Shown piece by piece: positions 61,201 through 64,000 of a stretch of DNA of 64,000 nucleotides. Source of the DNA: Anolis carolinensis (Eukaryota); the NCBI RefSeq assembly GCF_035594765.1, contig NC_085844.1, positions 64,991,923-65,055,922 on the forward strand, written 5' to 3'. Every line of letters begins with the position of its first letter. Within the stretch, counting starts at the first letter, position 1. Made by a program: the position numbers and the translations under genes. Under the pieces are notes generated by a model that worked only from the letters and a program-made list of their open reading frames with translations, did not search any database and was not told the origin of the DNA.

Positions 61201-61970
61201 TAGGAGATCGGGTTTTCCTGTCCACTCGCTTTCTGCCCTCCCACCGCCCTTGCCGGAAGTTAGATGCCCGTTTCATTGGCCCCTATCCAGTGGTGGCGCA
61301 ATTAAACCCCGTGACTTTCAAACTCCAACTTCCGCGTTCAATGCGCATTCACCCCGTGTTTCACCGTTCCCTGCTCCTTCCGGCGGATGGTGTGCGTCCT
61401 GATACAGACCAACCGGCCCCCCCTCCTGTTTTGATGAATGGGGAGGAGGAGTTCGAGGTTGAGGACATTTTGGATTCTCGCTTTCACCGCCGCCGCCTAC
61501 AATATCTCATTGACTGGGTGGGTTTTGGCCCTGAGGAACGCTCCTGGGAAGACGCCTCCACAGTCCATGCTCCTGATCTAACCCGTCGCTTTCATCAGAC
61601 CTATCCCACCAAACCGCGACCTCGCGCCTCGGGGAGAGGGCCCCAGTTTGGGAGGGGCCTTGAGGAGGGGGATAGTGTGATGACCCATGGGCCTTGTAGT
61701 CCTGCTCAGGACATTGTAATTCCTGATGAAGATGAAAACTTGGGTTTTTTACCTTCCCAGTCTGAACTGGATTCCTCTCTGCCAGATCTTTCCCAGGCAG
61801 ATCTGGGAACCTTGCACCTGCAAGAAAGTTGTCTCCCAGAAGTATGTCAAACAAGCCCAGAGCCTACTTCTCCCGTATTCTTGCGCCGGGAGTTTTGTAA
61901 ACAACAGAGAAGTTTGGATTCAGCTTCGCGCAGGAGTGCGCGGATTGCAGCTAAGAATGTGGCCAATTAA
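58185..61970 (+). CDS. pol: Pol polyprotein (protease, RT, RNase H, integrase, chromodomain, LTR-encoded tail), in the -1 frame relative to gag
   Basis: The frame is open from 58185 (after TGA at 58182) to TAA at 61968-61970. Motifs: DSGA, YLDD, DAS/EKELLAI/TDH, H..H/C..C, D-D-E (DFITDLP, TDRG, GQTERTN), GPY, and a chromodomain at ~61443-61605. Confidence 0.97.
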   Translation, partial: ADWHTAGGGSQRPGVEGLANPVKKSIQEPPTGVLFLLVVTLWSAKRGPVMIHAMIDSGATNNFIDREYADSLGLQYHDFKNARVVQAIDGRPLKTGPVSQWSEPTRMWIREHMEEISFFVTEVPHFPVILGIPWLTLHDPNISWSNRELQFASPYCQNHCLVAKVCHATDTEPIITLPKKYSEYWDVFNEKEAEKLPPHRPYDCAIDLVEGAPIPRGHLYSLTEPEQEALREFLETNLRKGFIRPSQSPAASPVMFVKKKSGELRLVVDYRALNNITKRNSYPLPLISDLLDRLRGAKVYTKLDLRGAYNLVRIREGDEWKTAFQTKFGLFESRVMNFGLCGAPATFQHFVNDIFQDYLDRFLIIYLDDFLVFSRSQSEHENHVKMVLQRLRDHGLYAKLEKCAFDLQEVDFLGYRISPLGLSMDPAKVSAVLEWRAPTNKKEVQRFLGFANYYRKFIPDFARWSDPITSCIRGKQPFRWTDQAEKGFQQLKKLFTSQPILQHPNPGTPFVVQADASDVAIGAVLLQPVGDHLHPCAFYSRQLTTPERNYTIWEKELLAIKAAFETWRHWLEGAKFPIEVHTDHRNLEHLRTARKLNQRQQRWALFFERFNFQIHYVTPAQTKQADALSRKPEYAAGRKETFESQLLQPENFATLTVGNTKSIPIGSTSPTPGPICAQEIRASQQADAWAQDQLRQGLHFPFSLKDGLLCYRNHVYIPPGPGREKALRLCHDCKPAGHFGLFKTMHLILRDFWWPKIRKDVEKYVNTCPVCQRSKIRREKPSGLLHPLPTPSRPWEIISADFITDLPPSCGFTTILVVVDLFTKLAHFIPCEGLPTAKETADLFLQHVFRLHGLPKSLVTDRGSQFTSRFWKALQKLLGIDSRLSSAHHPQTDGQTERTNATLEQYLRCYVNYQQDNWASLLPLSEFAYNNGVQASTKETPFFANYGFHPRFFPPVIETSEVPAAEDWLQELTAVQQLLLQQLDQAKGDYKRHADKHRQPGPEIKVGDRVFLSTRFLPSHRPCRKLDARFIGPYPVVAQLNPVTFKLQLPRSMRIHPVFHRSLLLPADGVRPDTDQPAPPPVLMNGEEEFEVEDILDSRFHRRRLQYLIDWVGFGPEERSWEDASTVHAPDLTRRFHQTYPTKPRPRASGRGPQFGRGLEEGDSVMTHGPCSPAQDIVIPDEDENLGFLPSQSELDSSLPDLSQADLGTLHLQESCLPEVCQTSPEPTSPVFLRREFCKQQRSLDSASRRSARIAAKNVAN
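61662..61675 (+). promoter_or_regulatory. Polypurine tract
   Basis: GAGGAGGGGGATAG directly abuts the 3' LTR TG. Confidence 0.9.
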
Positions 61971-62645
61971 GACTGCTTCTCGTGAGAATCTTTGGGGAGT
62001 CTCACATCTGGTCTCAGAGTTAGCTTTCGGTTCTGATTCCCAGAGAACTGCTTCGGCGGGAAGCTAGACTCTATTTAGGTGTTTTACCCGCGTAGTAACT
62101 TCGCGGAGTCAATTCGTCAGCCTACGGAGCGAGTTGTGTCTGGACAGCGCGCTCCGGTTCAAGCCTCGCTCCTGCTCAAGCCTTGCCTTGCTATCCAGCC
62201 TTCGCCTTGCTTCCCAGCCTTTGTTTATCTACGGACTTTGCCTTGTTTCCCAGGATCAATCCTTGCCTTGTTCCACGGATTTATCAAGTTATTCCACGGA
62301 CCTTGTTCTTGTTCTTAGTTACCTTGTTCCACGTTCAAGCCTTGTTTCAAGTATCAAGTTATTTCCTAGCCTCGCTCAAGTTTCATGGACTAAAGGACCT
62401 TGTCATCTCCCCTCACTTTGCTTGGCAAAGTGAGTGTTTCGGTTATTGGATTACAACTTTGGACCTTAATATTTCTTATTGGACATTGCTTTTTTGGACT
62501 AATTCTGACCTTTCCTGGAAGGTCTAATTCTGGACTATTTTCTACACTTGTTTTTATTAACTTTATATATTCCTACAATAAAGATATTAGATAGATTCTG
62601 GCCTCTGTGTATGGTTATTGGTGCTCTGCAGCCTGGGTCGTGACA
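61676..62645 (+). repeat. 3' LTR
   Basis: Direct repeat of 56226-57195, followed by the TSD TGTGG. Confidence 0.98.
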
Positions 62646-64000
62646 TGTGGGGGAGGAGGAGAAGCGGTCACCAAAATCCCAGGGAGAAGCGCAATAGAAC
62701 ACTTGCGACCCTGGAGAAGGAAAGGCGTGGTAGTCCTCATGACAGTCCCTTCGGGCTTAAAGTCCTGCTGTTGAATGCCAGGTCTGTTAATGGTAAGACC
62801 TCCGTCATCCAGGATTTACTCCTGGATGAGAGGGCAGACCTGGCCTGCATCACCGAGACCTGGTTGGATGAGCTGGGTGGGGTTAACCTCACTCAGCTGT
62901 GTCCTCCTGGTTTCGGGGTGCATCAGCAGGCCAGGCTCGGGGGGCGGGGAGGAGGGGTTGCGGTGGTCTTTCGGCAATCCATCGCCGTGGACAGGTGCGC
63001 TGTTCCGCAAGCCTCAGGTTTTGAGTGTGTCCACCTGAGGGTAGGTGTCCGGGACAGTTTGGGGATTCTGCTGGTGTACCGTCCACCCCGCGACACAGCA
63101 GTCTCCCTCCCTGAGCTTGCAGAAGTGGTCTCTGGCGTGGTGCTGGCCTCCCAGCGCCTGGTGGTGCTGGGGGACTTCAACATTCACGCGGAGGCCCCTT
63201 TAACTGGTGCAGCTCAGGACTTCATGGCTGCCATGACAACCATGGGACTGTCCCAGGTCATCTCTGGACCCACCCATCAGGCAGGACACACCCTTGACCT
63301 AGTATTTATTGCCGACAGTGGATTGGTTGGAGTGGAAGAGCAAACTATTCTTCCATTGTCATGGTCCGACCATCACCTGGTCACTTTAAGACTTACCGTG
63401 ACCACTAACCTCTGCAGGGGTGGTGGACCCATTAAGATGGTCCGCCCCAGGAGACTAATGGATCCAGACGGCTTCTTGAGGTCTCTTGGGGATCTTCCTG
63501 TCATTGAGGCTGACGATCCTGTTGATGTCTTGGTCGATCGCTACAACAGCGAGATGGCCAGGGCGATAGACACGATTGCCCCTGAACGTCCCCTCTCAAC
63601 CCGCCGACGCACCAGGGCTCCCTGGTTCACAAGGGAGCTGGCCGTGATGAAGCGGTCGAGAAGGGGTCTAGAGTGCTCCTGGCGGAGAACTCGTAGGGTA
63701 TCCGACCGAACACGGGCTAGAGCCGCTATTAGGGCCTATTCTGCGGCCTTGCGGGCAGCCAGAAAGGCTTTCTCGGCTGCCCGCATAGCATCTGCAATCA
63801 ATAGACCAACGGAGTTGTTTCGGGTTGTTGGGGAGCTCCTCCATCCTCCCCAGGGGGAGGAGACCCCTGACAACCCAGCAACTCAGTGCAGCGATTTCGC
63901 GCACTTTTTTGCAGATAAAGTCGCTCGGATACGCTCTGAGTTAGACACTGGGGTTAGTGCAATGCCAGGTGAGGTGCCTGAGGCATCTGTCTGTCCGATC
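62645..64000 (+). CDS. L2 LINE ORF2, N-terminal part (APE endonuclease plus tether), open to the window end; absent from the ORF track because it has no stop
   Basis: 452 uninterrupted codons: MWGRRR...LLLNARSVNGK...CITETWL...RGGGVA...VYRPP...VLGDFNIH...PTHQAGHTLDL...WSDH...GPIKMVRPRRLMDPDGFL...APWF...FADKVARIR. Confidence 0.93.
   Translation, partial: MWGRRRSGHQNPREKRNRTLATLEKERRGSPHDSPFGLKVLLLNARSVNGKTSVIQDLLLDERADLACITETWLDELGGVNLTQLCPPGFGVHQQARLGGRGGGVAVVFRQSIAVDRCAVPQASGFECVHLRVGVRDSLGILLVYRPPRDTAVSLPELAEVVSGVVLASQRLVVLGDFNIHAEAPLTGAAQDFMAAMTTMGLSQVISGPTHQAGHTLDLVFIADSGLVGVEEQTILPLSWSDHHLVTLRLTVTTNLCRGGGPIKMVRPRRLMDPDGFLRSLGDLPVIEADDPVDVLVDRYNSEMARAIDTIAPERPLSTRRRTRAPWFTRELAVMKRSRRGLECSWRRTRRVSDRTRARAAIRAYSAALRAARKAFSAARIASAINRPTELFRVVGELLHPPQGEETPDNPATQCSDFAHFFADKVARIRSELDTGVSAMPGEVPEASVCPI

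Larger units (their letters stand above)
56226..62645 (+). mobile_element. Full-length Ty3/Gypsy chromovirus LTR retrotransposon (Tf1/sushi-like), apparently intact
   Basis: Two 970-bp LTRs (TG...CA) and a 5-bp TSD TGTGG (56221-56225, 62646-62650). It contains gag, pol in PR-RT-RH-IN-chromodomain order, and a PPT. Confidence 0.98.

Overview
This is eukaryotic, repeat-rich intergenic or intronic DNA. The mix of Sauria SINEs, BovB/RTE, L2, CR1, L1, Penelope, hAT/Harbinger/Mariner MITEs and a chromovirus points to a squamate, probably an Anolis lizard (inference from repeat families). I recognised no host protein-coding exon, RNA gene or CRISPR array. The dominant feature is a very young, apparently intact Ty3/Gypsy chromovirus (56226-62645). 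It has 970-bp LTRs in which I saw no differences, a TGTGG target-site duplication, gag, and a -1-frame pol (PR-RT-RH-IN-chromodomain). Several details stand out. It lacks a tRNA primer-binding site; its PBS is instead a perfect 10-nt complement of the predicted transcript 5' end (Tf1/sushi-type self-priming). A U5-leader stem brackets the PBS, covers the poly(A) downstream element and part of the gag AUG, and can form only at the 5' LTR. The probable frameshift site is non-canonical (G_GGG_GAA) and precedes a pseudoknot. The integrase reads 97 codons into the 3' LTR and ends in RRSARIAAK, a near-copy of the HMGN nucleosome-binding core RRSARLSAK. The element inserted into the first ATG of a young L2 ORF2, and the LTR junction regenerates that ATG; the L2 ORF stays open to the window end. 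Elsewhere are Penelope fragments with decayed minimal hammerhead ribozymes, nested transposon stacks, an internally inverted L2, and TE-poor, homeodomain-motif-rich blocks that may be enhancers. Boundaries of old repeats are approximate because they were read by eye.
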